A DNA stretch of 64,000 nucleotides from Chiloscyllium plagiosum (Eukaryota). A program made the translations under genes and the position numbers. The stretch is from positions 153,709,110-153,773,109 of the forward strand of contig NC_057710.1 in assembly GCF_004010195.1 (NCBI RefSeq), read 5' to 3'. The notes beneath the pieces are model-generated. The model was not told where the DNA came from, did no database searches, and was given only the letters and a program-made list of their open reading frames with translations. Positions 25,133 through 39,719 of the stretch are shown piece by piece (position 1 is the first letter of the stretch; every line of letters begins with the position of its first letter).

Positions 25133-26455
25133 TAACCTGCGCTCTCACTGTATAGCTTAATTCTTTTATTGTTGAACAAATATCTATTGGTAAAAACGTT
25201 TACTGAAGCAGTGTCAACTACTTCCCTGGGCAGGGAATTCCATAGATTCACAACCCTCTGGGTGAAGAAGTTCCTTCTCAGTTCAGTCCGAAATCTGCTC
25301 CCTCTAATCTTGAGGCGATGCCCTCTTGTCCTCGTCTCACCCGCCAGTGGAAACATCCTCTCTACTTCTATCGTATCTATCCCCTACATAATTTTATGTT
25401 TCTGGAAGATTCCGCCCTCATTCTTCTAAATTCCAAAGAATATAATCCCAGTCTACTCAGTCTCCCTCATAAGCCAACCCCCTCAACTTTGGAATCAATC
25501 TCGTGAACCTCCTCTGCACCCCCTCCAGTGCCAGTACATCCTTTTTCAAGTAAGGAGACCAAATCTGCACACAGTACTCCAGGTGTGGCCTCACTAGTAC
25601 CTTGTACAGCTGCAACATAACCTTTCTGCTTTTAAACTCAATCCCTTTAGCAATAAAGGACAAAATTCCATTTGCCTTCCTAATTACCTGTTGTACCTGC
25701 AGACCAACCTTCTATGATTCATGCACAAGGACACCCAGGTCCCTCTGCACAGCAGCATGCTGCAACTTTTTACCAAACAAGTAATAATCCTTTTTACTGT
25801 TACTCTGACCAAAATGGATGACTTCACATTTACTAACGTTGTATTCCATCTGCCAGACCGTTGCCCACTCACTCAATGTATTTCTGTTCCTCTGCAAAAT
25901 TTCACAGCCCTCTGCACACTTTGCTCGGCCACTCATCTTAGTCTCATCTGCAAACTTTGACACCCTTCACGTGGTCCCCAACTCCAAGTCATCTGTATAA
26001 ATTGTGAATAATCGCAGTCCCAACACCATCACTGAGGCATACCACTGGTTACTGATTGCCAGCCAGAATAGCACTCATTTATCCCCACTCTTTGCTTCCT
26101 GTCAGTCAACCAATCCTCTATCCATGCTAATGCTTTACCCCTAACGTCATGCATCCTTATCATATGCAGGTGTCTCTTGTGTGGCACCTCACCAAAGGCG
26201 TTTTGTAAATCCAGGTACACCACATCCACTGGGTCCCCACTATCCACCTTGCTCATAATGTGTTCATAGAATTCCAAAAGATTTGTCAAGCATGGCCTGC
26301 CCTTCATGAATCCGTTTTGCATCTGCCCAATGGTACAATTTCGATCGAGAGGTCTTGCTGCTTCTTCCTTGATAATAGACTCAAGCATCTTCCCCACTTC
26401 AGAGGTTCAGCCATCCAGTCTATAATTTCCCATCTTTATCTACCTCCCTTTTTAA
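25133..26455 (-). mobile_element. CR1 LINE RT and 3' region
   Basis: ORFs contain VDVVYLDLQNAF, SKFADETK, LVRPHLEYCVQIW and FFTQRVVNLWNSLP. Confidence 0.9.
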
Positions 26456-29059
26456 GCACGGATAGCAGATTGTTGGCCATTAATGAAGTCAGTATCTGGG
26501 AGATGGTCCCAGCAAATCAGAGAGGGAACATGATGATAGAACAGAGGGAGAGGCCAGCGCTGGAACTGGTGCTTGGGACTGTGATTCTGAGAGGCAGGGG
26601 TTTGGCTGTTGATGCTACAGCATGAAGATTTGAAAGCTCCTTGCCTAACCTCCCATTATTGACTATTGAATGTTCAAAAAATAGAAGCTAAGTTACAAGT
26701 GTTATTGAAAACACCTCAGAGTGAAAAGGTGGCACTGATCGACATCTCCAGAAAATCAATCAAGAAACAATCATCTATGCCTGTGGAATCGTGCACCATG
26801 AAAACCGCTCAATAAATTGGGCTAGTTTTGTTTATTCTTAAATTATCTCTTAACTGTGTTGTCTGTCATTTGTGGGAATGGTACTGAAACCAAAAGGTTA
26901 TTGGATTTAAGTGACAGACATTGATTAGGTTATTTTGATGTTTAATTTTGCTCTGCAAAAAGTTCCTGTATTGTTAATAAATTGCAATCTGTTTTGTTTA
27001 AGCTACAAGCCTGGTGTCTATAATCAATTATTCATAAAGCCTGGGCTTAGTTATTCAAAGAAGTCTGGTTACAAACCATTCAGGTCATTTTGAAGGGTTT
27101 TGAAGGTGTTAAGTCTGTATACAAATACAAACCTGGGTAGGCTGATTGGATCAGTTGTCTGTGTCCCAGTTGTAACATGTACAACATATATTCAATGTTT
27201 AATAGTTTAAGATACAGACCAACAAACTGTAATATTTTACAATCCTTGCAGAAACACCTTCAATCTCCAGCCTATCAGCACATAAAACACATGCTTTTTT
27301 TTAGACTTGGTTAAATAAGTGCCATTTTTAAAACCAAACCTTTGTAACAATTTCTCTCCCCCATCACAACCTTCTGTTGAATAATGTCCACATTTCTGTA
27401 AATATTGAACCGGTTTACAACTTTAAATATTATTTCATAACTTATTGTATATGATGTGCAATAACTTGTAATACCTGCAATAAATTAGTTTCGCTTTTCA
27501 ATATTATAGTGTTTGAAACAATCTTGGGTCACTTCACATTTATCCAGCAAGTCTGCACTCAGCTAAATCCCTGGCTGAGTGTAATAGCTCAACGAGTTTA
27601 AATTTGTGTTGCTGTGAACAGAAATCTGGATAAGTTGTTCAACACAAGAAATAGTTTCACCTCCTATTTACTGAAACCTGTATTCACACAAACACATGTA
27701 ATTGATTGGTCCATTCAGTTTGCCAACAGTGTGCAAAACAACCTGGAAAACTCAGATGACCAAAACTGCACAATGAGGAAGGGTCATGGATCTGAAATAT
27801 TAACGGTTTTCTCTCCACGGATGCTGCCAGATCTGCTGAGTCTCTCAAGCAATTTTGTTTGTGTTTGTTTCAGGAAAATTTAAACATTGAACATTGGTTT
27901 TCAAGATGCTGACAACAAAAAAAAACAAACCCCTGAAAACAGAAACCTTCCATGCAGTTAGATGACAGCAGAGTGATGAACCGGCTAGCCTGAATTTAAG
28001 CTTCAAATATCCTCAAAAAATGCCTGCAGCAGATGTGCAAAAGATTGCAATACAAATTGTATGTTTTAAAACATGTTTTTATCTAATGTCAGTGCAGGTC
28101 TAGGGACCTAGTTCTAATATTAATGGAATGACTATCTATCTGCTTCCATTCTGTCGACAGAAGAGTTCCTTGCTTCTGAGCAGGGGCAACATAAGCAAAA
28201 TAGTGAAAGTTACAATGAGATTTTCAATTGAACATGCTGGCATGTAAAGACAGACTCCTACCAACTGTCCAAAGGCAATTGATACATAATAGCTGTACAA
28301 GCAAGTTGGAATATTCATAATTACGTTAGTCAGCAAGAGAGACAAATGCAACTTGATTTTGGCATTCACTGTAAAGTTGCAATTTTGCCAGGTCTTGAAA
28401 AATAGTTTCGGAATTTTATCTTATCAGCAAGGAAATTACAACAAACCAGACCTGTCACTCCACCCTTATGAGCAAAAGCAACCTCATATCACAGCACATA
28501 AATCAATATACTGTCAGAACATATCCCTGAGGGCCTTTGTGGCATTTCTATGGACTGTGACCCATCCCACTTTAGCACTGCATGGTTCACCTCCACCCAA
28601 ATACCACACTTCCCAACAATCGGAGATAAACTGGTCTTTCCAGGTACTGGCATATCGAGGGCCACTCCCTGACGATGAACACTATTATTCTGTAAAACAA
28701 CAAAAAGTTAACTTCTGATGCACTTCACCACATTGGCCACTTGTGAAAAAGATGATAGTAGAAACATTTAGGGATCCATAAATTTAGTGGCACAAATATA
28801 TCCATTTCTCCCCTCATTTATTTTTCCACATTTTTAACTCTTCAGTCACACTGCAGGCTAAATTCAGCAACAGGGATGAACTACATTAGTGTATAAAACG
28901 GCAGCTTATGGCATTAACAACACCCATGAATTACCACTCTCGAGGAGTTAGTTCTGTGGTTCTAATACCAGGGAGAGTTTGTGCAGACTAATATAGATGC
29001 TGATAGCAAGACACTCCAAGATGTAGGTCTCTGCTCCCCGTCCTGTACAGAACTGTCCT

Positions 29060-29200
29060 CAGAACAGTTTGTGAGGAAGGGCCCCTAAACCCGAAAGGTT
29101 AACTCTGATTTCTCTCCACAGATGCTGCCAGACCTGTTGAGCTTTTCTAGCAATTTCTGTTTTTATTCCTGATTTACAGCATCCACAGTACTTCCGGTTT
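29060..29200 (+). mobile_element. PLE 3'-end fragment with a decayed hammerhead-like motif
   Basis: gtgaggaagggcccctaaacccgaaaggttaact followed by the cagatgctgccagacctg tail; a similar remnant lies at ~27774-27870. Confidence 0.6.
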
Positions 29201-30247
29201 TTAAAATTCTGTCATGTTCAGATTCCTTCATGACCTAATCCCACCCTTTATCAGCATAACCTTTCAACAATGCTACAAATCCATCAAAAGCTCTACAAAC
29301 CTCCAATCCTTATTCTCTCCATTCCACCACTGGCATCCATGCCTTCGGCTATCTAAACTTTAGGTTCTGTAAATTCCTCCTTCACTTCACCACCTCTCTC
29401 TCTCCCCCCCCCCCCTTTTTAAACCCACCTCTTTCCCAAGCTTAGAATCGCTGTTAAGATAATTCCATTTGTCTTGATGTAAATCTTTCTCTGATTGTAC
29501 AAAGCAATGGGAGTTCTCACTAAAGCACCACATAAAATATATGTTGCTTTGATGTTTTTTTTAAATGATGTAAATCAAGGATCTTTTCTGAATGAACTCT
29601 AATGTCATGTGGGTGTAGCTTTTCACTCAGCAGAATTTTAGATTGGACATCTCAATTCCAAAGAAAGTATCGTCATAGCAATCTAGCATTGTTGATACAC
29701 GATTATTTTAAATCACTAAGATACAAACAAGTTGTGAAATACTTTGTGGGTTGTAGTTTGTTCTATTACCTGAAATGATACATTTAAGTATTTACGGTTG
29801 CAGACTAGAAGGGTTAAATCCTACAGTTCATTCAAGAAAACAGTGGGCATTAAATTGATCTTCCACATTAACTCAAAAAGAGTGACAGCAAATTGCTGTT
29901 GAGCTTTTTCTGTCACATTATTTTTCCTTTACATCTTCGTGCTAAACTGACAACCAGTTTACCATCATGTTTCATCCAAACTGCTGTGGATCACATTGGC
30001 TCCAAGCATACCTTTCATTTCTTACGAAAATAAATCAGTCTGCTTTCCTGGCCTCTATTTTTCATCATGTTAAATACTTTCTTGGTGTGGTTTTTGTCCT
30101 ATTTTACTCAGTGTTTTTCACTCTCAGTTCAAAGAAACAATTTCACAGTATCATTAACCACGAAGTCAAAGATACCAACACAAATGTAAATGGCAAACAG
30201 CCCTGAACGTTCTGTTAATCCATTTCTCCACGTTACAAGATCATGAG

Positions 30248-30597
30248 GAAGCATGGTGGCTCAGTGGTTAGCACTGCTGCCTCACAGCACTGGGGACCCA
30301 GGTTTGATTCCGGCCTTGGGCGACCGTCTGTGTGGAGTTTGCACATTTTCCCGCAGTTTGTGTGGGTTTCCTCTGGGTGCTCTGGTTTCCTCCCACACAG
30401 TCCAAACATGTGCAGGTTAGATGAATTGGCCATGAGAAATTCCCCATAGTGTTCAGGGATGTGGAGGCCAGTTGTATTAGTCAGGGAGAATGTAGAGTAA
30501 TAGTACTAGGGGAATGCATCTGGGTGGGATACTCTTCAGAGGGTCGTGTGGACTTGTTGGGCAGAAGGGCCTGTTTCCACACTGTAGGGATTCTTTA
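30248..30597 (+). mobile_element. HE1-type SINE, near full length
   Basis: A box TGGCTCAGTGG, B-box-like GGTTTGATTCC, conserved body, 3' end gtttccacactgtagggattct. Confidence 0.88.
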
Positions 30598-31883
30598 TTC
30601 TCAGGTATGATACAAGTTAGAGAGGTCAAGAAGTGACAGTTATAAAGTGTATGTGCATGCATGTCTGTGCATGCATGTACGTATGTGTGCGCACGTATTA
30701 ACCCAACCAGACAGGAGGAATGAGACAGGTTAGCCTTCAAAATGGAACCCTGCTGGTTACCACTCAACTTCTCATTGCAGTTTTGTGACTGAAACACAGA
30801 ATGTAAGCAAGTGGGAAACTCAAATTCACACAAATTACATCAATGGGATCACAATCAGAATTCAACTCAGTCCTAAATACATAAGTCATCTTGGCTTTCC
30901 CACAAGTTAAAGTCACGCAGCAGGTTTGAATTACCAAGTGAATCAATTTCTTCATTTGTGGGGTCCTGTTGAACAGGAATCCTTCTCAAAGTCTCTCCAG
31001 CTAACTCCCAGCCCCACCAGCCTAGGACTCCCACCGTCCTTCCTGTGGAAGCTTCCCTACTTGAACTCCCCTTTGCTGATGGGCAGGAGCTCCCAGCAGC
31101 CAGTAATTTTACCCCTGCTTGACCACCCTCTGTTACTTTCCTCACAGTTTGGCCATGGTGCTCACCAGTGACAAGCAGAAGAGGAAGCAGAATTAAAAAA
31201 CTGCTGCGTGAGTCAATGATTGCTTGTGTATTCACTTATCTCTCACTTGCAAGATTCAGTGGAAGCTAAAAAATATCAACCCATAGACAAACAGACAGGA
31301 GACAGGCATACACACAACCTATTGCTCAAGTGTAGAACCTCTGAGAACAGTGAATATAAGTCAAATAATTACAACAAGAGGTCTCTACTCTGTAAAGCTT
31401 ATCTACTCTGAGTCATTAAAATAACTGCACAATATTGGTCCACATGTTCTAGTTCAATGGAAAAGGGGCATTTCAATTTACAATAATTGAATTCATGAGC
31501 ACTAGAATACCTATCCCTACTATTGCTGCTTCTGCTTTGAAATCATGTGGCGTCCAGTCCTTTCACAACAATTTATAGAAAATTCTCTGTTGACGTGATG
31601 GAAGGAAAGGGAAAAGAGGAATTAAGTGTTTATGAAAACATCAGCGATGCTCAAATATTTGGCCTGTTTCTCTAATTCTACCAAGGAACATTCAAAGGGC
31701 TGATGTCACACCAATGTAAATTATTTATTGTACTCTGAAAGCTGTAAAATGACTCATAAGTAGGTGTAGAATTATGATCAAGGATAAATAAACCATTTAT
31801 AAACTTTTATTTGTGGAGAAAGATGGACAAAGGGCCTGGGTCCCAGATACAGGAGGAGTTTACTAATAATTAATAGAAAATTA

Positions 31884-32592
31884 CATAGAGTCAGAGATGT
31901 ACAGCATGGAAACAGACCCTTCAGTCCAACCCGTCCATGCCGACCAGATATCCCAAACCAATCTAGTCCCACCTGCCAGGACCCAGCCCATATCCCTCCA
32001 AACCCTTCCTATTCATATATCCATCCAAATGCCTCTTAAATGTTGCAATTGTACAGCCTCCACCACTTCCTCTGGCAGCTCATTCCATACACATACCACC
32101 CTCTGCGTGAAAAAGTTGCCCCTTAGGTCTCTTTTATATCTTTCCCCACTCACCCTAAACCTATGNNNNNNNNNNNNNNNNNNNNNNNNNNNNNNNNNNN
32201 NNNNNNNNNNNNNNNNNNNNNNNNNNNNNNNNNNNNNNNNNNNNNNNNNNNNNNNNNNNNNNNNNNNNNNNNNNNNNNNNNNNNNNNNNNNNNNNNNNNN
32301 NNNNNNNNNNNNNNNNNNNNNNNNNNNNNNNNNNNNNNNNNNNNNNNNNNNNNNNNNNNNNNNNNNNNNNNNNNNNNNNNNNNNNNNNNNNNNNNNNNNN
32401 NNNNNNNNNNNNNNNNNNNCCAACTCCTGTACTCAATACTCTGACCAATAAAGGAAAGCATACCAAACGCCGCCTTCACTATCCTATCTACCTGAAACTC
32501 CACTTTCATGGAGCTATGAACCTGCACTCCAAGGTCTCTTTGTTCAGCAACACTCCCTAGGAGCTTACCATTAAATGTATAAGTCCTGCTAA
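31884..32592 (-). mobile_element. CR1 LINE 3' fragment spanning N-gap 32166-32419
   Basis: GNFFTQRVVCVWNELP and FGMLSFIGQSIEYRSW flank the gap. Confidence 0.85.
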
Positions 32593-35481
32593 TGAAGCCA
32601 AATAGTCAGCCACCTGCCATTTGAATATAAATAGTCTTTGCCCAAGGAAAGGAACCCAAGTACAAAATAAAAACATACATCAGAGCGTGTTAAAACCTGA
32701 ATTGCCTATTATAATTATATAGATGTGAAATACGTTCAGGCAGGTTCGAACCATGAAAAATTAATGGATTGGGTGCTAGGCTACAGAACATATTCACTTT
32801 CGTTAAAACCGCCAAATATCAATGTTCATTAGAAACAGCAAGGTTCAGAGTACAGCATTTCCATGCTGTCTGTACAATGTCCAACTTACCTAATATGAAA
32901 AGCATGTGACACAGCTGCTTCAGTATAGGGTGGGGACGTTTTAGAAAGGAACCAACCGCTGACAATGGAAATACGTGTCTACTTTGTTTAAAAGAAAAAT
33001 TACCTAGTCATCCTGACTGCTCTAAACATGCCTTGAAACGGTTTGTGTTCCCAACATGTTTAAACAGAAATATGGTGCTGGTGTACTGAAAATGGGGGCA
33101 GCTGCTTTTCCTTTCTCCTTACCAATTTCCCCCCATTTCTCCAGAAGGCACCAACTGGTTTTCAGGCTATGGTTCAGGAAGCAGCAGGCACCACCAGCAT
33201 CTTCGTCATGTGACCATTATTAATGCATGCTCCCTGCCATACTGTCAGCAAACTAACTGCCCTTGGGGAGGATTGCATCATTGTGTTCTGTCCCACACAA
33301 ATAGTAGAAGTCACCATATAGCGGTCAGTTGCAGACATCCAATTGCCTACAAAAATTAAAGATACAGACAGTGGTGGAAATCCTTAGTAGCTCAGTGTAA
33401 AACTGTATGCTAGCTCTGCCAGTATATTGTAAATAATATTAAACCATTTCATTCACTGTCACCAATCCTTTGTGCTTGTATTAGTTGAGATATCAATACC
33501 TAAGGTAGAAGATGGGTTCTGTGTTAGTTAAACTGTAAAAGTTCTTTGCACGTTACTTAGCAATCAACTATATTACATAAAGTGACTGAGACACATATCA
33601 AGCCCAAATTAGGATCAAGTACACTTCACTTGGTTAGCTACACACTGTAATGTTAAGAACAATCACTGAAGTACCTGACTCCCTCTTGTGATCACATGCA
33701 AAACGCATAAGCCACACACACACACAAGTGTGGTTAGCTCTTCCCAGAATAGGTCATTTATATCCTGAGGAGTGCATCTTCTCCTGCAATGTCCATTATA
33801 CTTTTCAGGTATTGCCTTTTGCAACAAGCCAGGCAGCCTCTGGGAAGGGAGGAGGTTGATACTGTTTCATTTGGACATGTCAGAGATGAACAGCTTACAG
33901 GAGAGTGGAAACAGGTAAAACGGTGTGGAGGGAGGATTAAAAAGAAATGGTCTGTGGTAGGATGGAGTCCAGGAGATGACTATATGACAAAAATTATGGT
34001 TGTGCAAGACAAAAGAAAGAAATCAACTGAACAAAATATGTAATGGAGACCCAATGGATATCACAAAAGAAATGCTATTTTCAGAACACTGGAAGAGGAT
34101 AGAATATTTGTTTGGTGGTGGGATCATTTGAGGTGAAAGACGTGGATGATCCATTAAAATATGCATACAGCAAGACAAGAGAAATTTCTGCACCTCAGGG
34201 TCCTTGATCCTGAGCAAGGCCAGCCCTCAGCCACTTAAATGGCTGACTGGTGGGCTTTCCCCAAAGGAGGCAAAATCAGGCTTTTGCAGTCTGAACAGCT
34301 GGAGGATGCAACCTTGTTGCTTATGTTAAATTTTGGACACACTGTGCAAACAGTACACATTTCCAATTCTCACCAGGATGGAGTGAGGATCACCTAACGA
34401 ATAAACGGAAGTAAACTGGACCCAAGATGTTGTCCCGAGTAACTTGCAGGGATGAACTGGATTACAACGTTGTCTTCCTCTGCATAAACCCATGTACAAT
34501 GCCTCTGATCCCCAATCTTTCAACTGTACTTGGGTATCCTAGTCAGACTCCTGAATGCTGTCTTGATGTCAAGGTCAGTGACTGTCATCACCTCTTTTAT
34601 CTATGTTTGAACAAGGCAATTTTGAGCACTTAAACCATGGTTACTAATCCAGACTGAGCATTTTGACTAAATGCCTCTTGAAATAACACTCACGTCACTT
34701 TGCTGACAATTGAGTGGTAGCTGACAGGAATAGTAATTGGTCAGATGAAGTTTGCTTTGCTGTTCATGCAAATTAAAATTCCAGACAATTTTTCACATTG
34801 TGAGATGGATGCAAATGTTGTTCCTTTACTGGAACATGTTTGAGGTATGGCTAATTTTGAAGCTTCCAGTACTTTAGGAGTATACTCTTTCAATACTCTA
34901 AATAGTTGTGTTTGGGAAACTTAGCTTTTGCCACGTTCAGTCCACTCAACTGTTTCGCGATCTCACATGAAGTGAATCAACTGGCCGGTGATCGGCATCT
35001 GAGATGATGGACACCACAGGATGAGGTCAAGGGAGGTCATTCACTCCACTTTCTGGATGAAGGTAGTGTTTGGTCTTGTCTTCTCCACCAGGCTGTGCCA
35101 TTATTAAAGTTGTCGATATTCATGGAATTCCCTCCTCCCATTAATTGCTTACATTCCCACGACCATTTGTGGCTGAAAGTGGTCAGATTGCAAGATTTTG
35201 CCTGATAACAGATTTTGTGGCACATCACAATGTCAGTAATATACTACTCTTTGTCCAGCATGTACTTCAGCAGCTTCATCAGTCTGTCATCTCATTCTCA
35301 GGTACACTCAGCTCTTCATGATGTGGTATTCTACACTTCTCATTGAATCAAAGTCTGGGAGTGAGCAATATGAATGGTGGTGAGCTTTCAGATTCTGGCT
35401 GAATACCATTCATGTTTTTGAAATCCAGTTTTATCTCCAGGATATGTTCGAAATCGGTTTCTTTTAGTGGGATAGGACAAC

Positions 35482-36025
35482 ATAACATGGCCACATTTGA
35501 AGCACTGTGTACAATACTAGTTGTCATACTTACAGAAAGATGCTAATACACTGGAAGCAATTCAGAGGTTTACTAGACTAATACCTGGAATGAGCAGATT
35601 GTCTTATGAGGAAAGATTAAACATGCTAGGCCTGTATTGTCTAGAGTTTAGAAAACTCAGAAGTGACATATAAAGATCCTAAGGGGACTTGACCAGGTAA
35701 TATGTTAAAACAATGTTTCCTCTTGTGAGAGAATCTAGGACTAGAGGGTCAGAGTTTAAAAATAAGGGGACACCATTTAAAGCAGAGACGAGGAAACATC
35801 TTTAATCTTTGGAATACCGTTCCTCAAAAAGGCAGTAGATGCAGAATCTTCAAATACTTTTAAGGCACAGTAGATAGATTCTCAATTACCAAGGGCATGA
35901 AAGATTACCAGGGAGTTGCAGGAATGTAGAGTTGAATTTAAAATCAGATGGGCCATGATCTTATTGAATGGTATGGTAGTCCTGAATGGCGAAGTGGCCT
36001 ATTCCTTGCTTGTACTTTTCTATGA
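35482..36025 (+). mobile_element. Decayed CR1 LINE 3' fragment
   Basis: Degenerate RPHLE-C, LSYEERL and SRTRG-SLK motifs and a CR1-type 3' UTR. Confidence 0.75.
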
Positions 36026-36085
36026 CCGCGTTCTGTGTTATGGAGACAGGAGCGGATTCTCAAGGTTTGTGCAGTGCTAGCTTCT

Positions 36086-36832
36086 ACATAGACTCAGAGG
36101 TATACAGCACAGAAACAGACCCTTTGGTCCAACTCATCCGTGCTGGCCCAGGTATCCTAACCCAATCTAGTCCCATTTGCCAGCACTTGGCCCATATCCC
36201 TCTAAACCCTTCCTATTCATATACCCATCCAGATGCCTTTTAAATGTTGTAATTGTACCAGCCTCCACCACTTCCACTGACAGCTCATTCCGTACACGCA
36301 CCACCCTCTGCATGAAAATGTTGCCTCTTAGGCTCCTTTCCCATCTTACCCTAAATCTATGCCCTCTAGTTCTGGACTCACCCACCCCAGAGAAAAGGCC
36401 TTGTCTATTTACCCATCCATGCCCCTCAGGATAGGTCACCCCTCAGCCTCTGCAAGTCAGAGAAAGCGGTCCCAGCCTATTTAGCCTCTCTCTATAGCTC
36501 GAATCCTCCAACCCTGGCAACTTGCTTGTAAATCTTTTCTGAACCCTCTCAAGTTTCACAACATCCTTCCTATAGGAGGGAGACTAGAATTGCACAAAAT
36601 ATTGCAAAAGTGGCCTAATCAATGTCCTGTACAACCACAACATGACCTCCCAACTCCTGTACTGAATGCAATGACCAATAAAGGCCAGTATACCAACATC
36701 TTCTTCACTATCCTATCTACTTGCGACTCCACTTTCAAGGAGCTATGAACTAAGGTCTCTTTGTTCAGCAATGCTCCCTAGGACCTTACCATTAAGTGTA
36801 TAAGTCCTGCCCTGATTTGCCTTTCCAAAATA
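36086..36832 (-). mobile_element. CR1 LINE 3' fragment
   Basis: ORF 36167..36439 (GESRTRGHRFRV...FKRHLDGYM). Confidence 0.85.
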
Positions 36833-38223
36833 TGTTACGTGATAGACAAGTGCATGTGTGCCATGTAGATTGATGACAACGCAGTCAAATAGCTGATTCT
36901 ATTGCACTGGTCTCCTACTGCCTGTTGTAAGCCAGTCTGACAACTGTATCATCAAAATTGGACAACTTCACACAAACCACAATGCAACCTGCATACTGGC
37001 TAAACCAGTCAATTTATTTGAAACCAAACATTCCTGGCAGCATTTGCACTGTTGCAAATCAATGATGCAAATAGAAGTTCACCGTTTCCAACCACAAACT
37101 TTGTTCACCACCAATGGCACAGTCTTTAATAGGGATTTTAAAACAGGCATTGACTCAGGCATCAGAACACAAAGTAACCAAACTGAGCAATGACTAACTG
37201 CTGAGTAAACGTCTCCTCCTTTTCCATTTTGGCGATCTTTTGGAAAAGCCACATAACTCGGAATATTTGGTTCCAAACCTTGAACACTCTACAATCCATT
37301 TTGATTTTGACTGTTAGACCAAACTGATTAAATTCTTCCAGTGCTATTAACTATTCTATCATATAACAAATATTTCAAACACTAAAATCTAAGGTCTTGG
37401 TTATAACATTTTTCTGCTTTTCCCTTCACTAATACCCAATTAGTTAAGCTTTCTGTTCTTTTCAGACACTTTATTTTGATTTTTACCTCAACCACTTTGC
37501 ACCACAGCTTCAACATTTTGTTTCCTGTTTTCTGAATCCTGCAAGTTCCTCTGCATCGATTTAAGGCTGCCTTTATTGTCCTCATTCTTCAGTTAATCAG
37601 GAGAATGCTCCCTGTCAGACTAACACTAAAAGGTGCAATATGAATTAGATGGGGACATGGGTTAGACAAGGTAAGTCCAATATATGTGTTAGAACAGCTT
37701 TCTTCTGCCCTGAATTCCTACTGTTATGACATTGGTAGAAATTGATAACCTATTTTTGTATGTAGAAATTTATGTATCAAATAAATTTAATAAAAATATT
37801 TAGTAAAAGAATTAAGCTCCTAAAACAATTAAGCCATATTGTTCACTGTTTACAACAAAGGATTACAGCACAAACATCAAAAAACGTGAATATGAATAAC
37901 TACTCACTATTTTATCAGGTTGCTTAAAGATATTAAAAGCAGAATGAATACAGTCAACATCGTCTAAACTGAACTGCCAACTCAAATTTTCTTCTAAATC
38001 TATCTGACCTAGACCCACAAAAAGACTTAATTCAAACGATCATCAAACATCAAAAGATTAACCACTTGTGCCAAGATTTAATATTCCTTGCATTAAGTGT
38101 GGAGGGAATGGGCATCTTCAGAGGTGACTGACACCCTGCCCCACCAACACGATATCTTGCCGGATCCAGCTCCAAGATGCTGATCGGAGAGCTTCTTGAT
38201 GAATCAACAACTTTGAAACTCAA

Positions 38224-38414
38224 TAAAAGCAAATTACTGCGGATGCTGGAATCTGAAACCAAAAGAGAAAATGCTGGAAAATCTCAGCAGGTCTGGCAGC
38301 ATCTGTAAGGAGAGAAAAGAGCTGACATTTCGAGTCTAACTGACGGGTCAGCTCTTTTCTCTCCTTACAGATGCTGCCAGACCTGCTGAGATTTTCCAGC
38401 ATTTTCTCTTTTGG
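38224..38414. mobile_element. Fold-back mini-element derived from a PLE 3' end
   Basis: 68-bp perfect arms (38259-38326 / 38347-38414), 20-nt spacer; 14-bp TSD ACTTTGAAACTCAA at 38210-38223 and 38415-38428. Confidence 0.88.
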
Positions 38415-39554
38415 ACTTTGAAACTCAAGTCCTGCTTTGCTTGCAGCTTCTGGACCCTGACATCATCACTGAAGGCCCAGGTCTTTGAGTCTCATGTTGA
38501 GAGAGTTGTGAGACCTGGGTCAGGAGGCTTGCCAGAGGCTGGGCCAAGTGTAGGTCCCAAAAGCTGTAGGAACTGGTTATTCAGCCCGCCAAGTCTCTCG
38601 CACCTTCAATGGGATAATGGCTGATGTGCTAATCTTCAATACCACTTTCCTGCCTTTTCCCCATAACTCTTGGTTCCCTTACTGATTAAAAACCTCCCTA
38701 TGTCTCTCGTCCACAAATATCCAATAGGCAGATTGCCCTGTGTCCCATTCGGGAAATCAGGTATTTTTCTGCCTACTCGGAACGAGGTAGTCAGATCAAT
38801 GATGAGTTGAGGTCCTCAAGCTGCTGCCAATTGATCATTTATGGGCTTCAATTGGTGTGATGGCTTCTTTCCCACTCCTTAACTGCTGTGGTGGTGAGAA
38901 GGCAGCTGGTGTCTCTCCAAGGCCAGCTCATTGACTATTTGCCCTTCTCACACCTTTTTTGTCACCTCCAGGTGATGGCCTGTTGTGCCTAGGCTTAGTC
39001 TAAGTCCTCTTGAAAACCATGTACAATGGTTGCAATTCCTTGGGTCTTCCACTTTAATTCCAGCAAGTATTGCTCTTCATATCTTCTCCAACTGTCCCAC
39101 GGATAGAGACCTCCCTGGCTTCACTCGCTTCTTAAACATAGCCACCTGGATCAGGATTTTCCTGGTTCTGTTGTTCTTTAGCTCCAGAACCTTGCCTCTA
39201 GAAACTAGCTTTCTCTCTCGCTGTCACCAAGACTCTTTCAGTCAAGGGTTTTAAGCCCTTTTAGCCAGTACACAGATTTTTCAACTGAATTCTGCCTGGG
39301 AAAGTTATTCTCTGCAGCCAACTTGTTCCAAACTCAACTGCTTAAAAATCGAACCTTGCACAGGAATCTACTTTGCTCATAATTAACTCCTTGTTCAACC
39401 TTTGCTTTACTATTGTTGATCTCCAGGCAGCTTGGTCACATGATCAGTTACTGGAAGCCTTTCCTCCCCACTCACCCCACCCAAAAATCTTCCCCAGAAA
39501 ACTTGTTCCTAAAGGCACCATCACCCTTCTCATAAAATATAGATTGTTTCCCCC

Positions 39555-39719
39555 AAAAACACAGATCCCTGAAAGTTGCCACCCAGGTTGATAGTGATGT
39601 TAAGAAGGCACACAGTGTGTTCGGTTTCATTGATGGAGGGATTGAGTTCCGGAGCTGTGATGTCATGCTGCAACTGTACAAAACGCTACCGCGGCCGCAC
39701 TTGGAATACTGTGTACAGG
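39555..39719 (+). mobile_element. Short internal CR1 fragment
   Basis: FGFIDGGIEFRSCDVMLQLYKTLPRPHLEYCVQ. Confidence 0.8.

Noticed and set aside
26456-27177. Possible solo LTR ending TGTAACA
   Set aside because: The left boundary and TSD could not be identified.
31897-32527. Long ORFs containing X runs (also 58640-59203 and 23168-23624)
   Set aside because: Artefacts of translating through N-gaps.
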